64,000 nt of DNA. Source: Candidatus Micrarchaeota archaeon (GTDB lineage Archaea; Micrarchaeota; Micrarchaeia; Norongarragalinales; SBBD01). Positions within the stretch are counted from its first letter, which is position 1; each line of letters starts with the position of its first letter. Of this stretch, positions 46,267-55,510 are shown piece after piece. The notes beneath the pieces are model-generated. The model was not told the origin of the DNA. It was given only the letters and a program-made list of their open reading frames with translations, and ran no database searches. The position numbers were made by a program, and so were the translations under genes. The DNA lies in the NCBI GenBank assembly GCA_018819225.1, contig JAHJQN010000008.1:1-64000 (forward strand), written 5' to 3'.

Positions 46267-49200
46267 TCATTCGTTCAACTTAACTTCCACTAGCTTCGAT
46301 CCCTGACGGGTCATCGCCACTCCAATCAACGCCTCCGCATGCTGGTACACGGAAGGATTATGCGTGACCACAATGAATTGCGTCGTCTTACTGAGCTGAA
46401 TAAGCAGCTCGGCCAGCTTAAGCGAGTTTTGCTGGTCTAACGCGGCGTCCGCCTCATCCAATACATAGATGCTGGAAGGCGAATAACTTTGAATCGCGAA
46501 CAAGAATAAAACCGCAATCAAGGATTTCTCTCCGCCGGACATGAGCTCCAAATACTTAACGGACTTGCCCTCCAACTGCGCCTTAATCGTCAACCCCCCC
46601 TCGAACGGGTTGGAAGGGGTTTCCAAGACCAACGAGCCTTCACCCCTGAAAATCTGGGAAAAGAGTTTCCGGAAGGATTCGTTCACGTGATTGAATGATC
46701 GCATAAACGTCGCGATCTTCTTGCCTTCAATCTCCTGAATCATCGTAATAACCGCTTGCTTCTCATTCGAAAGCTGCCGTATCTTGTCCTGCTGTCGATC
46801 CAAGTCCTTCGCGCGCTCCTCGTACTCCTCCACCGCCTTCAAGTTCACGTTCCCTAAACCGCTCAACTCCTCCTCCGCTTTGTAACTTAAGAGCGTCAAC
46901 TTCGCCTTATCCTCCATTTTGAGCAGCTCCGTATCCTTGTACGGCTCGAATTCTGCCTTCAAATTCGAAAGATTCGTTTCCGAAACCGCCTTACCCACTT
47001 CCTTCTTCTGCAAATCCCCTGCAATCTTCTCGCGCTCGAACTCCAACTTTCCCTTCTGGTTCGCCAAATTGTATACCTTGCCCTCCAATTTCTCGCGCTC
47101 GCTCACCAAATCCTCCATCGCCGAAGACATCCCTTTCAGTTCCTGCGTCTTCTCCTTCAACAACTTTTGGTCCCTCGAAAGCGTTTCCTTGCACTCCTTC
47201 ATGACGCGCTTCGCTTCCCCTTCCTGCAGTTCCAACTCCTTCTCCGCCTTCGCAATCCCATCGTGCTCGCGCGAGTACGCCTTCAATTGAGCGGCCAAGC
47301 TGTCAAACTGATTCTTGTAATCACTCAACGAAAGCCGCAAATCGGAAACCTTTTTCTCCTTCTCCTTCAGCGAGACCCCGAATTTCTGCTCTTTTTCAAC
47401 ATCGATCTTGCCCTTGACCTCCAGCGATCTAATATTCAAATCCGAGAGCGAGCGAATCAAATCCGAACGCTCTTCCTCAATTTTTGCAGAACGCTCCTGA
47501 GATATATTGACTTCCTTCTTGAGCTCCGCCGCGGCCGCACGCACATTCTTGAACTTCTCCTCCTCCACATCCTGCGAATTCTTCAAATTCTGGATTTCAA
47601 GCTCGCACGCCTTCAACTGCACTTCCGCCTCCGCCTTTTTCTTCCGTGCTGACGACATGTCCTCCTGAATCGAGTACAAACGCTTTAACAAATCATCCTT
47701 GGTCTGTTTTGCTTTCTTCCAACGCGCGTCCCACTCGTCCAACTGCTCCTTCTCCTTCTTCACGTTAATGCGAGCTGAAAACGAGCCGCCCGTAATCAAT
47801 GCCGACTGCTCCACCAACTCCCCGTCCTCCGTCACCAAACGGGCTTTCCCCACCAACGTGGCCGCCTCACTCAGCCCTTTCACGAGCAACGTATTCTGGC
47901 AAACAAACTGAAACGCTTTCTGAAACCGGGTCTCGAACTCCAACAAGTGAACCAGAAAGTCAACGGCCGCCGGATGATCTTTCAACCTCAATTCATCGGG
48001 CTTGAACGCATGAGGACGGATGCGGTCCAACGGAATAAACGAGACGCGCCCCAACTTCCGCATCTTCAACTGACGCACCATCTTCTCCGCCGTATGAATG
48101 TTATTGACGACCAAGAAATTCAAGCGACCACCCAAAGCCACCTGCACGGGAACCGAATACATCGAATCGTATTGGCACAATTGCTCCACGGTACCGAAAA
48201 TGCCGGGGGTTTTCTCCTTCTGGCTCAACACGTACTCCACGCCTTGCGAAAGCTGGATTTCACGCAAGTTCTGCAAGCGCGTGGAAATCTCCACCGTCTT
48301 GATTTTAGCGGCAGTGGTCTCACTCTCCGCCAAAGAAAGCGCGCCATTCAAACGCTTTTCTTCCGCAAACAGCTTGCTCGCTACGTCATCCGCTTCCCTG
48401 ACTTTCTGCGTCCACTCCTTCAACCGCTTACTCGCGGAAGCCTGAGCGTCCTTGTGATCATTCCATTTTCCGCCCAACAAGCGATGCAACTCGCCTTCCT
48501 TCAGCCTCATCACTTCCGAAAGAGTTTTCTCCTCCGCCTGCAACTCGTTCAAATGCTCTTTCGCGGACATCATTTGCTGTTGAAGCTGTTCATACAATTT
48601 GCGTGCATCAAAGAACTGCGAAGAAAACTGCGTGCTCGCCTCCAAGACCTCATTCAACTTGCGTTGCTCTTCCTTCAACAACGTCTCAACGGCTTTCAAT
48701 TCGCGTTCCACATCCGAGGCGCGCGCACGAATGCCCTTCACTTCATCGCCCGCGCGCACGCGCTCCAACTTCAACTCCTTGGCCTTGCCCGTCAAACGCT
48801 CGAGCTCCGACTCCTTCTCTTTCGTCAGCGTCCGGCAACGCTCCATCTCCGCCTTCAATTCATCGGACTCTTTCTCCAACACCAATTGCTTTCCTTCACT
48901 GCGCTCCGAAATGCGTTTATTCACATCGTCTTTCTGCTTCTGAATCGCATCAATCTGATCCTGTAGATCGTTCGCCTTCCGATGCAACTGCTCGATCTTG
49001 GACGTTAAGTCCAGAACCGTATTCACCGAGTTCTCGAACTCCACTTCCAATTCGCGCAAATTCAAGTAAAGCAACGTCGCCTTCATCTGGTCGACTTCCT
49101 TCTTCAAACCCAGATAGCGCTCCGCATCCACCTTATCCTTCTTCAATTGATCCAGAAAACCCGCTTTTTCACCCAATTTCGCGGAATTCTCGCGAATCTT

Positions 49201-49716
49201 CTCATCCACGTGATCCAACTCCGAAAGAGCTTCCTTCTTCTTCTGCTCGTACTCGAGCACGTTCGCGATATTGTCAATCAAGGCCCGCCGATCCTTCGAA
49301 CTCATCTCGACAATGCGCTGCACTTCCCCTTGTTGAATGATATTGTACGTGCTGATCTGGTTCGCACGCAAGAAATCCTCGATCACGTAACGATGAGAGC
49401 GCTTGCCATTCATCGCATACTTCATTTTCCCGTCCCGGCGCAACGCCCGAGAAATCCACGTGCGCTCCTTCTCTTTTTCATTGCGGAGTTCCAGCTTCGC
49501 CTCCGCAATACGCGCGTCCTTATAGATCAAGTCAGGCGTCTTTTTTGCGCGCAACGAACGAATACGGCTTTCTCCCAAAGAGAATAGAAGAGCGTCCACA
49601 ATATTGGTTTTACCGCTTCCATTCGGGCCCACGATGGCATTAAACCCTTTGACGAAGCGTAAGTCGCACTCACGGAACGACTTGAAGTTTTTGAGACTCA
49701 GTTTTTCGACGAACAT
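46267..49716 (-). CDS. smc: Chromosome segregation protein SMC
   Basis: Walker A 'GPNGSGKTN', coiled coils, hinge '[21 protein letters not shown]', 'MSGGEKS', 'LDEADAALD'. Confidence 0.97.
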   Translation of the reverse strand: MFVEKLSLKNFKSFRECDLRFVKGFNAIVGPNGSGKTNIVDALLFSLGESRIRSLRAKKTPDLIYKDARIAEAKLELRNEKEKERTWISRALRRDGKMKYAMNGKRSHRYVIEDFLRANQISTYNIIQQGEVQRIVEMSSKDRRALIDNIANVLEYEQKKKEALSELDHVDEKIRENSAKLGEKAGFLDQLKKDKVDAERYLGLKKEVDQMKATLLYLNLRELEVEFENSVNTVLDLTSKIEQLHRKANDLQDQIDAIQKQKDDVNKRISERSEGKQLVLEKESDELKAEMERCRTLTKEKESELERLTGKAKELKLERVRAGDEVKGIRARASDVERELKAVETLLKEEQRKLNEVLEASTQFSSQFFDARKLYEQLQQQMMSAKEHLNELQAEEKTLSEVMRLKEGELHRLLGGKWNDHKDAQASASKRLKEWTQKVREADDVASKLFAEEKRLNGALSLAESETTAAKIKTVEISTRLQNLREIQLSQGVEYVLSQKEKTPGIFGTVEQLCQYDSMYSVPVQVALGGRLNFLVVNNIHTAEKMVRQLKMRKLGRVSFIPLDRIRPHAFKPDELRLKDHPAAVDFLVHLLEFETRFQKAFQFVCQNTLLVKGLSEAATLVGKARLVTEDGELVEQSALITGGSFSARINVKKEKEQLDEWDARWKKAKQTKDDLLKRLYSIQEDMSSARKKKAEAEVQLKACELEIQNLKNSQDVEEEKFKNVRAAAAELKKEVNISQERSAKIEEERSDLIRSLSDLNIRSLEVKGKIDVEKEQKFGVSLKEKEKKVSDLRLSLSDYKNQFDSLAAQLKAYSREHDGIAKAEKELELQEGEAKRVMKECKETLSRDQKLLKEKTQELKGMSSAMEDLVSEREKLEGKVYNLANQKGKLEFEREKIAGDLQKKEVGKAVSETNLSNLKAEFEPYKDTELLKMEDKAKLTLLSYKAEEELSGLGNVNLKAVEEYEERAKDLDRQQDKIRQLSNEKQAVITMIQEIEGKKIATFMRSFNHVNESFRKLFSQIFRGEGSLVLETPSNPFEGGLTIKAQLEGKSVKYLELMSGGEKSLIAVLFLFAIQSYSPSSIYVLDEADAALDQQNSLKLAELLIQLSKTTQFIVVTHNPSVYQHAEALIGVAMTRQGSKLVEVKLNE

Positions 49717-49854
49717 GCGAATCCGGGAATAGAAACGAATGCGCTTAAGTACGAATGCAGCTTTTATAAACGATATGGAGGGAATGTCGACGCCGGGAAA
49801 TGCCCGTACGCTGAGACGAAGGCTTAAAAAATAACGAAACCCTCAAAAGCGTTC

Positions 49855-50859
49855 ATGATATTGGACGCGCCCACGTACAAGCTCGTGCTCACCCCCGAAG
49901 CCGCCATGGGCATCGTGCAGAAAGAGCTCGCGAGAAGGGGCTGGAGAAAATTCGAAATCGAGAACGTGCGCCTCGTGTACACGCCCTATTACACGTTCAG
50001 TTTTGACGTCAGCGCGGAAACCGCGGGCCCCATAACGGGCAAGGCGGCCTTGAACGCGTATACTGGAGACGTGGACGAGTTCGTACCCATGCTCCTCGAA
50101 CGCCCGCTAGACAAGCTCAAGAAAGCAGAAGACAATGCGGAAATCGAGGAAACCAGCGTTCCGAAAATTGAGGCAAAAGGAGCGGCACGCGACAAAATTG
50201 CAGTGCAAACAGCCGTAAAACGGGACCGCGTATCCGTATCCGCCATCAACAAAGTGTACATTCCGTATTACCGCATTTGGGTGAACCTGCCCACGCAACA
50301 ACTCCGCGCGCAAGTGGACGCGCTCGTTGGAAGCGTGGTGGGCCTGGAAGGCGTGCACGCAAAACCGAAAACGTTCGGGGAAAGCGCTCGCGACACCGTC
50401 AAAAAACTGGCGTCGCCGTCCGGAATCGCGGAGCTCGGAGGCAAGGCCGTGGGATCCATCGCAGGAGGAAAAGGCGGAGGCAGCAGCGGAAGCCCTTTTG
50501 AACGAAAAGAATTTCGTTGGGCCGGAATCGGACTCGTCATACTCGTTTTGTTGTACTTGACCACGATGCAGGGATCGCCGGACGCGGATTGTTCCGGAAC
50601 CATTACGCAAGTGGGCATGGAGTGCAAGCTGGAAGGCGAGTGCGGGTTCAATAACCCTAAAGCCGAGCAAGACTACGTGACGGCTCACATCACCATTTAC
50701 CAGAAAGGCATCGAACGCCCGGAATACGGAAGCATCGTCGGATTGCTCGTGGATTCCAAAGGAAAACCGGATGCGTGGAGGAAAACCTTTGAAGTGACGT
50801 GGGAATCCGAGGGACTCGATTGCGAAAAAGACTTCTCGTGGAAAGCCGGAAAAATCTAA
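49855..50859 (+). CDS. Hypothetical single-pass membrane protein
   Basis: Internally duplicated 'LVYTPYY..A..NAYTG' / 'KVYIPYY..VDALVG' domain, one TM helix, Cys-containing outer domain. Confidence 0.7.
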   Translation: MILDAPTYKLVLTPEAAMGIVQKELARRGWRKFEIENVRLVYTPYYTFSFDVSAETAGPITGKAALNAYTGDVDEFVPMLLERPLDKLKKAEDNAEIEETSVPKIEAKGAARDKIAVQTAVKRDRVSVSAINKVYIPYYRIWVNLPTQQLRAQVDALVGSVVGLEGVHAKPKTFGESARDTVKKLASPSGIAELGGKAVGSIAGGKGGGSSGSPFERKEFRWAGIGLVILVLLYLTTMQGSPDADCSGTITQVGMECKLEGECGFNNPKAEQDYVTAHITIYQKGIERPEYGSIVGLLVDSKGKPDAWRKTFEVTWESEGLDCEKDFSWKAGKI

Positions 50860-51032
50860 AGCGGTTCACCGGAAATCAGCCGCCCCGAACTTGTTATTAG
50901 CGAGTTCTGATTTCGCAAGGAATAGGGAAGAAAAGCCTTTCAAGCAAGCATGCGGGGTACCGACCCAAAGGAGGCTATCCTAAAAAAAACGGCTCCGCCG
51001 ATGCGGAAAGCGCTTTTTCTCTCCCGGCTTTT

Positions 51033-51905
51033 TTATTTAAACTTCATGTAAAAAGCGAGCAAGGAAACGAACGAGGCCTGCAAAACAATGCTGACTACCG
51101 CAGGCAAGCTGGCGAGGGGAGTAAAGAGCGCTAATGCGAAATAGAGAGCTAAACCGTTATTGCGAATGACGCTAAACAAATAAAGACTGGTTCGCTCTCG
51201 TCGATCCCAATGCGCCCATCTAGCATAAGCAACTGCTAATAGAAATGGAATGAGTATTCGAACCGCCATTAGCAGAGAGATGAATAAGATGAGCGAGGTT
51301 TGTCCAAGTAGTTCACCTTGGTTCGCGGAAATCGCGGCGTAAATGATGATGAAGAACGAGGAGACCACGAGACCGCGGCGAGGTGTTTTATCGAAACGCA
51401 TCCATCGAGAGAGCACGAACGGAACAAAAACGAATAAGGCCATGATTTCCACAATGTGAAGCAAATCAACCGAAGTGGAAAGAAAAACCGCTAGCAATAG
51501 AGGAACAATCGCAATGGCAAGTAAATGACCTAATGCGACTCCAAAAAAAGAAGAACGGACATCTCCTTTCAATAAAAAGGAGACTCCAATCACTGCAATT
51601 CCAGGAGGAACTGCAGCCACCAGAAGAAAACCGTTGAATAAATCGCCTTCCAAAAAAAGAAAAGCAAGTACAATAGCAATTAAGGTAGATAAAACGTAAC
51701 TGAAGAACAGAAAAATCAGCGTGATTCGTTTCTTCGCGCGAGCTACTTGTAAATCAAAGGAGTAATCTTTCAAGGAAAAGGTGAACGCCACGAGAAGTGC
51801 TGGGAGAACCAAGAGGTTCGCGATTTCGGAGTAGTGAGGGTAAATGAATCCCGTAGAGAGGGCGATTAAATAAATAAGAGCAGTTGAGCCCGCGCGGAAT
51901 TCCAT
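51033..51905 (-). CDS. Bile acid:Na+ symporter/Acr3-like transporter
   Basis: About 10 TM helices, 'AAVPPG', 'LKGDV', 'RNNGLA'. Confidence 0.8.
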   Translation of the reverse strand: MEFRAGSTALIYLIALSTGFIYPHYSEIANLLVLPALLVAFTFSLKDYSFDLQVARAKKRITLIFLFFSYVLSTLIAIVLAFLFLEGDLFNGFLLVAAVPPGIAVIGVSFLLKGDVRSSFFGVALGHLLAIAIVPLLLAVFLSTSVDLLHIVEIMALFVFVPFVLSRWMRFDKTPRRGLVVSSFFIIIYAAISANQGELLGQTSLILFISLLMAVRILIPFLLAVAYARWAHWDRRERTSLYLFSVIRNNGLALYFALALFTPLASLPAVVSIVLQASFVSLLAFYMKFK

Positions 51906-51929
51906 TCACTATTCCTTAATAAACACGAG

Positions 51930-51958
51930 TTTTGATCGACCTTTTTGAAAAGGTCGGA
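51930..51958. repeat. tRNA-associated hairpin element (TTTTGATCGACCTTTTTGAAAAGGTCGGA)
   Basis: Nearly identical to 14779-14809 and abuts the tRNA-Val 3' end. Confidence 0.7.
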
Positions 51959-51959
51959 A

Positions 51960-52114
51960 TGGGCCCGCGGAGAATCGAACTCCGGATCTTCAGTGTTTTC
52001 CCGGACGATAGTCCACGCAGACAAAAGCGTTTCTTTTTCTGGTGGAGCTCTTTTTCTTTACAAAGAAAAAGAGGTCCAGTGAGACTGACGTCTTAACCAC
52101 TCGACTACGGGCCC
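51960..52114 (-). tRNA. tRNA-Val(CAC) with 82-nt intron at 36/37 (51997-52078)
   Basis: Acceptor GGGCCCG/CGGGCCC, T-arm CGGAGTTCGATTCTCCG. Splicing gives a 73-nt tRNA with TCAGT-CTCACAC-ACTGA. BHB helices TCTC/GGGA and GGAC/GTCC. Confidence 0.92.
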
Positions 52115-52304
52115 TGGATAATTATTAGACAACAGTATTTTAAAAATCATTATCGGGGGTAGAGGCGACATGCGTAGGGGGCAGAGCCCCCTGAAGGTGC
52201 CCTTGACTTCGGGTCCCCATAAATGGAGAGGAAATCAACCTAAAAAACGTTCATAAGAAGGGGAGGGTTCTGCCGGAACCAGGAGAATACTTCCCCGACT
52301 AGGG

Positions 52305-52625
52305 TTAATCGTACCGGGGTTGTCCGTGCGAACGCCGCGTGTGGGCACCCGTACTCGGATCCAAGGGACGGTAACCACCAAAGCGCTTCTTTTCGCGTGC
52401 GCGCTCCGCCATCTTCTTCTTTTTATCGAAGACGCGCAAGTGCTTTCCGCACGAAATGCAGTAGCAGACTTCACGCGTGATGCGCGGTACCCACTGGTCG
52501 TCGTACGCGTCCTGGCGTTCAACGGGGTTCTGAATCATGACCTTCTCGATGAAAACCGCTTTGTCTTTGCGCACGGCTCGGCCGCATTTGCTGCAATGAA
52601 CGAGCCGTTCTCTTCCTCTACCCAT
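52305..52625 (-). CDS. rps26e: Ribosomal protein S26e
   Basis: 'GRERLVHCSKCGRAVRKDKA' and 'YCISCGKH' zinc finger. Confidence 0.88.
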   Translation of the reverse strand: MGRGRERLVHCSKCGRAVRKDKAVFIEKVMIQNPVERQDAYDDQWVPRITREVCYCISCGKHLRVFDKKKKMAERAREKKRFGGYRPLDPSTGAHTRRSHGQPRYD

Positions 52626-52694
52626 AAAATAACCCTTTCAAATCAGAAGAAGAAGTATTCACTTAAAACGCTTATAAATGTTTCACTCGGGAGG

Positions 52695-54074
52695 CTAGTG
52701 CGAGTTATTGAGGAGTTCCAAGCGGATCTTGGAGAGCAACCGCTGTTTTTTCTGGCCCGGCTTTAATGCATGTTTGAGCACGTCATGCCAGGTACGCACG
52801 GGAATGATTTCCACTTGCTTCCGTTGCTGATCATCCAACACCAGGTCCCCAACCGTAGTTTCCGGTACGATAACGCGTTTGATGCCTGCTTCAATACACG
52901 CCTCCACTTTCTGCGTGACGCCTCCGATGGGAAGCACTTCCCCGCGAACGGAAAGAGAGCCGGTCATGCCCACGCTCTGATCAATCGGCACTTCCTCTAA
53001 AGCGGAAATGACGGCCGTTGCAACGGAGATGCTGGCGCTATCCCCTTCCACGCCTTCATACGTCTGCAAGAATTGAACGTGAATATCGTAACGGGAAATA
53101 TCCTTTCCAATATGCTTCTTGATTAACGCCGAAACATTTTCGACGGCTTCTTTCGCGATGTCTCCCAGCTTACCCGTGGCAATAATGCGCCCTTCCTCTC
53201 GGGAAGACGACGGAGCAACCTCCGCTACAATAGGCAATATAATACCGGAATCACCCATGACCGCCAGACCATTCACGCGGCCGACCTCATAGCCGTTCAC
53301 GAGAAACACGCGATAATCCTTTTTCACGTCGATGAATTGTTGCGCGCCCTGTTGTTCGAGCGTGCGCGCCAAGCGCCTCGCATCCTTCACTTGTTGACCG
53401 GAAACCATTTTGCTGTCTTGCTCGCGAGCCAAATCCCCGGCTGCGCGCACCAAACCCCCCAGGTCCCGCAGCTTAAGCGTCAACCGGTTTTTCCGACCGG
53501 CACGCTTGCGGGCCTCGTAAATGATTTCTTGAATCGCGTCTTGATCAAAATGAGGAATCTTGCCGTCCTTGCGAACCTCTTGAGCAATGAATTGAACGAT
53601 CTTGAACTGGTTCTCTGGCGTATCCGGAACGCTCTCCTCCATATATACTTCATAACCGTACCCGCGAATACGAGAACGCAACGCGGGATGCATGCGACGC
53701 AAATCCCGGTAATTACCCGCTGCAATCAAAACGAAATCGCACGGAACCGGATCCGTCTTGACTTGAGCACCAGAGGACATCTCGCTTTGACCCGTAATGC
53801 TGAATTTCTTCTCCTGAATGGCGGTCAATAGTTCCTGCTGCGCTTTCGGTCGAAGCATCGACACTTCATCAATAAAGAGAACGCCTTTGTTCGCACGGTG
53901 AATCGCTCCCGCCTCAATGCGCAAGTGCGCGGGAGTCCCTAAACCACCCGAATTGTGCATTAAGATGCCATTCGCGAAATAGTTGCCCGTAGACGTCGTC
54001 GCATTGTATACAAAACCATCGAATCGCCTGGACTGCTTGGATTCCACGCGAACGGATTGGACCTTTCGAGGCAT
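52695..54074 (-). CDS. lonB: C-terminal half of archaeal Lon protease (LonB) preceded by a split-intein C-fragment
   Basis: After residue 41: '[27 protein letters not shown]' (Walker B), '[16 protein letters not shown]', catalytic 'GDSAS' and 'GGVTQK'. No Walker A or TM region. Confidence 0.93.
   Translation of the reverse strand: MPRKVQSVRVESKQSRRFDGFVYNATTSTGNYFANGILMHNSGGLGTPAHLRIEAGAIHRANKGVLFIDEVSMLRPKAQQELLTAIQEKKFSITGQSEMSSGAQVKTDPVPCDFVLIAAGNYRDLRRMHPALRSRIRGYGYEVYMEESVPDTPENQFKIVQFIAQEVRKDGKIPHFDQDAIQEIIYEARKRAGRKNRLTLKLRDLGGLVRAAGDLAREQDSKMVSGQQVKDARRLARTLEQQGAQQFIDVKKDYRVFLVNGYEVGRVNGLAVMGDSGIILPIVAEVAPSSSREEGRIIATGKLGDIAKEAVENVSALIKKHIGKDISRYDIHVQFLQTYEGVEGDSASISVATAVISALEEVPIDQSVGMTGSLSVRGEVLPIGGVTQKVEACIEAGIKRVIVPETTVGDLVLDDQQRKQVEIIPVRTWHDVLKHALKPGQKKQRLLSKIRLELLNNSH
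53952..54074 (-). mobile_element. Split intein C-terminal fragment (IntC, 41 aa)
   Basis: Intein blocks F/G '[21 protein letters not shown]' ending His-Asn, followed by +1 Ser (53949-53951). Confidence 0.9.
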
Positions 54075-54152
54075 AACGCAGAGAACACCTTACTAGAAAC
54101 TGACGCCAAACAGATTTATAAAGCGGCGCAGTAAAGGTTAAAGGAAAAGCTT

Positions 54153-54533
54153 ATGGCTATTGTCATTGAGGCGGGAATCCCGTTCGATTTCCTATTCTCC
54201 GTGTTATCGTTCGCGTTCTTCGGCATACTATCATTGTACTCGCTGCGCACCTATATATTCTTTAAAGAAAGCAGTCTCGCGCACCACCTGAAAATCATGT
54301 CCATAGGGCTCGCGTTGTTTACCTTCGCTAAAGCCGTGGAATTCAGCGAGTACATTTGGGGGGTATACCATTTACAGATCGTGAACGTGGTGTGGATGCT
54401 GGGCGCGCTCGTCATGTTATTCGGAATACTGGACTTCCGGAGAGAATTCCTGCGCTTCAAGTGGTTGAAGGAAATCCAGGACGAAATTGCGGTTGAAAAG
54501 AAGCGCTGGAGAAAAAACGAGAAAACCGACTAA
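54153..54533 (+). CDS. Hypothetical three-TM membrane protein
   Basis: Three hydrophobic helices. Shares the TTTATAAA box (54115-54122) with the divergent lon fragment. Confidence 0.7.
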   Translation: MAIVIEAGIPFDFLFSVLSFAFFGILSLYSLRTYIFFKESSLAHHLKIMSIGLALFTFAKAVEFSEYIWGVYHLQIVNVVWMLGALVMLFGILDFRREFLRFKWLKEIQDEIAVEKKRWRKNEKTD

Positions 54534-54608
54534 CCGCTTTTCCTTGAACAGGTGTGTCGGATCACGGATATATCGAATAAAGATACGGGTCGGCAAGACG
54601 AGACCGGT

Positions 54609-55499
54609 TCAGATCAAGATTTCCTTGCCCGCCTCGGCAATATCCACATTCGGAAACACTTCCTTCGCTTCGGCCAGCAACACGCTGAGATCCGCATACC
54701 GGTTGCTGAAATGCGTCAGTAAGAGCGCCTTCACTTTGGCCTTGCGTGCAGACTCGGCCGCCTGGCGGGCCGTCGAATGATATTTCTTTTTCGCCAACGA
54801 CTGGGAATCATCCGCAAACGTCGAATCGTGCACCAACAATTCCGCATCCTTTGCCGCGCGCTCAATCGCAGAACATGGAAGCGAATCCCCGGTGTAGACG
54901 ACGCGCTTGCCTTTTTTGACGTACGTCACATCCTCCAGCTTGATTTTCTTGCGGCCGATTTTCACGAATCCGTTATCCTGGATTTCCCGGAATAACTTCC
55001 CTTTGATGCCCAAGTCCTTGGCCTTCTTCTCATAAAACTTGTTGATCGGCTGTTCCTCAATGACGTAACCGAGCGCCTCGACCTTGTGATCGACTTTGAA
55101 AGCGGATACGCGAATCAGTTTATCCTCGAACACGCGCTTGCTCGAAGTCACTTCCACGATGCGGACCGGAAACTTCGGACGCAAATACCGCAGGGAAAGC
55201 ACGGTTCCCATCAATTCCTTGATCCCGTGCGGTCCGAACAGCAGCAATTCGTCGGTACGGTCATGCAAGTTCATCGTCTGAATGAGCCCAAAAATGCCCA
55301 GAATGTGATCGGCGTGCAAATGGGAAAAGAAAATAGCATTCACTTTCGCATACGAAATGCGGTACTTCATCATTTGACGTTGCGCGCCCTCACAACAGTC
55401 AAACAAGAACGTATTCCCACTCTTGATCGCAAAACACGAAGGCACCCGGCCCGGAGCCGGTACCGCACCCGAGTTTCCAAGAACCACCAAACGAAGCAT
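54609..55499 (-). CDS. rnz: Ribonuclease Z
   Basis: 'FDCCEGAQRQ', 'SHLHADHILG', exosite arm, 'VYTGDS', 'HDSTF', 'HST', 'THFSNRY'. Confidence 0.95.
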   Translation of the reverse strand: MLRLVVLGNSGAVPAPGRVPSCFAIKSGNTFLFDCCEGAQRQMMKYRISYAKVNAIFFSHLHADHILGIFGLIQTMNLHDRTDELLLFGPHGIKELMGTVLSLRYLRPKFPVRIVEVTSSKRVFEDKLIRVSAFKVDHKVEALGYVIEEQPINKFYEKKAKDLGIKGKLFREIQDNGFVKIGRKKIKLEDVTYVKKGKRVVYTGDSLPCSAIERAAKDAELLVHDSTFADDSQSLAKKKYHSTARQAAESARKAKVKALLLTHFSNRYADLSVLLAEAKEVFPNVDIAEAGKEILI

Positions 55500-55510
55500 A
55501 TGCAAAAACC

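Noticed and set aside
46919-49587. Long antisense ORFs opposite smc (likewise opposite ileS, polB and ftsZ)
   Set aside because: Shadow frames caused by codon bias of well-supported genes, with no motifs.
50875-50917. Bulged hairpin GAAATCA...GAACTTGTT/AGCGAGTTC...TGATTTC
   Set aside because: It lies between convergent genes and is adequately explained as a terminator-like structure. It lacks the tRNA-element consensus.
52153-52298. 5S rRNA, SRP RNA or RNase P RNA
   Set aside because: Only short chance-level matches (GAAGTCAAG, GAGGAAA). The conserved 5S loops, SRP helix 8 and RNase P P4 partner strand were not found.
54075-54152. Frameshifted continuation of lon/intein upstream of the IntC ORF
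   Set aside because: In-frame TAG-TAA, an SD and a TATA box occupy the 78-bp gap and a divergent gene follows. No intein-like or Lon-like translation is visible upstream.
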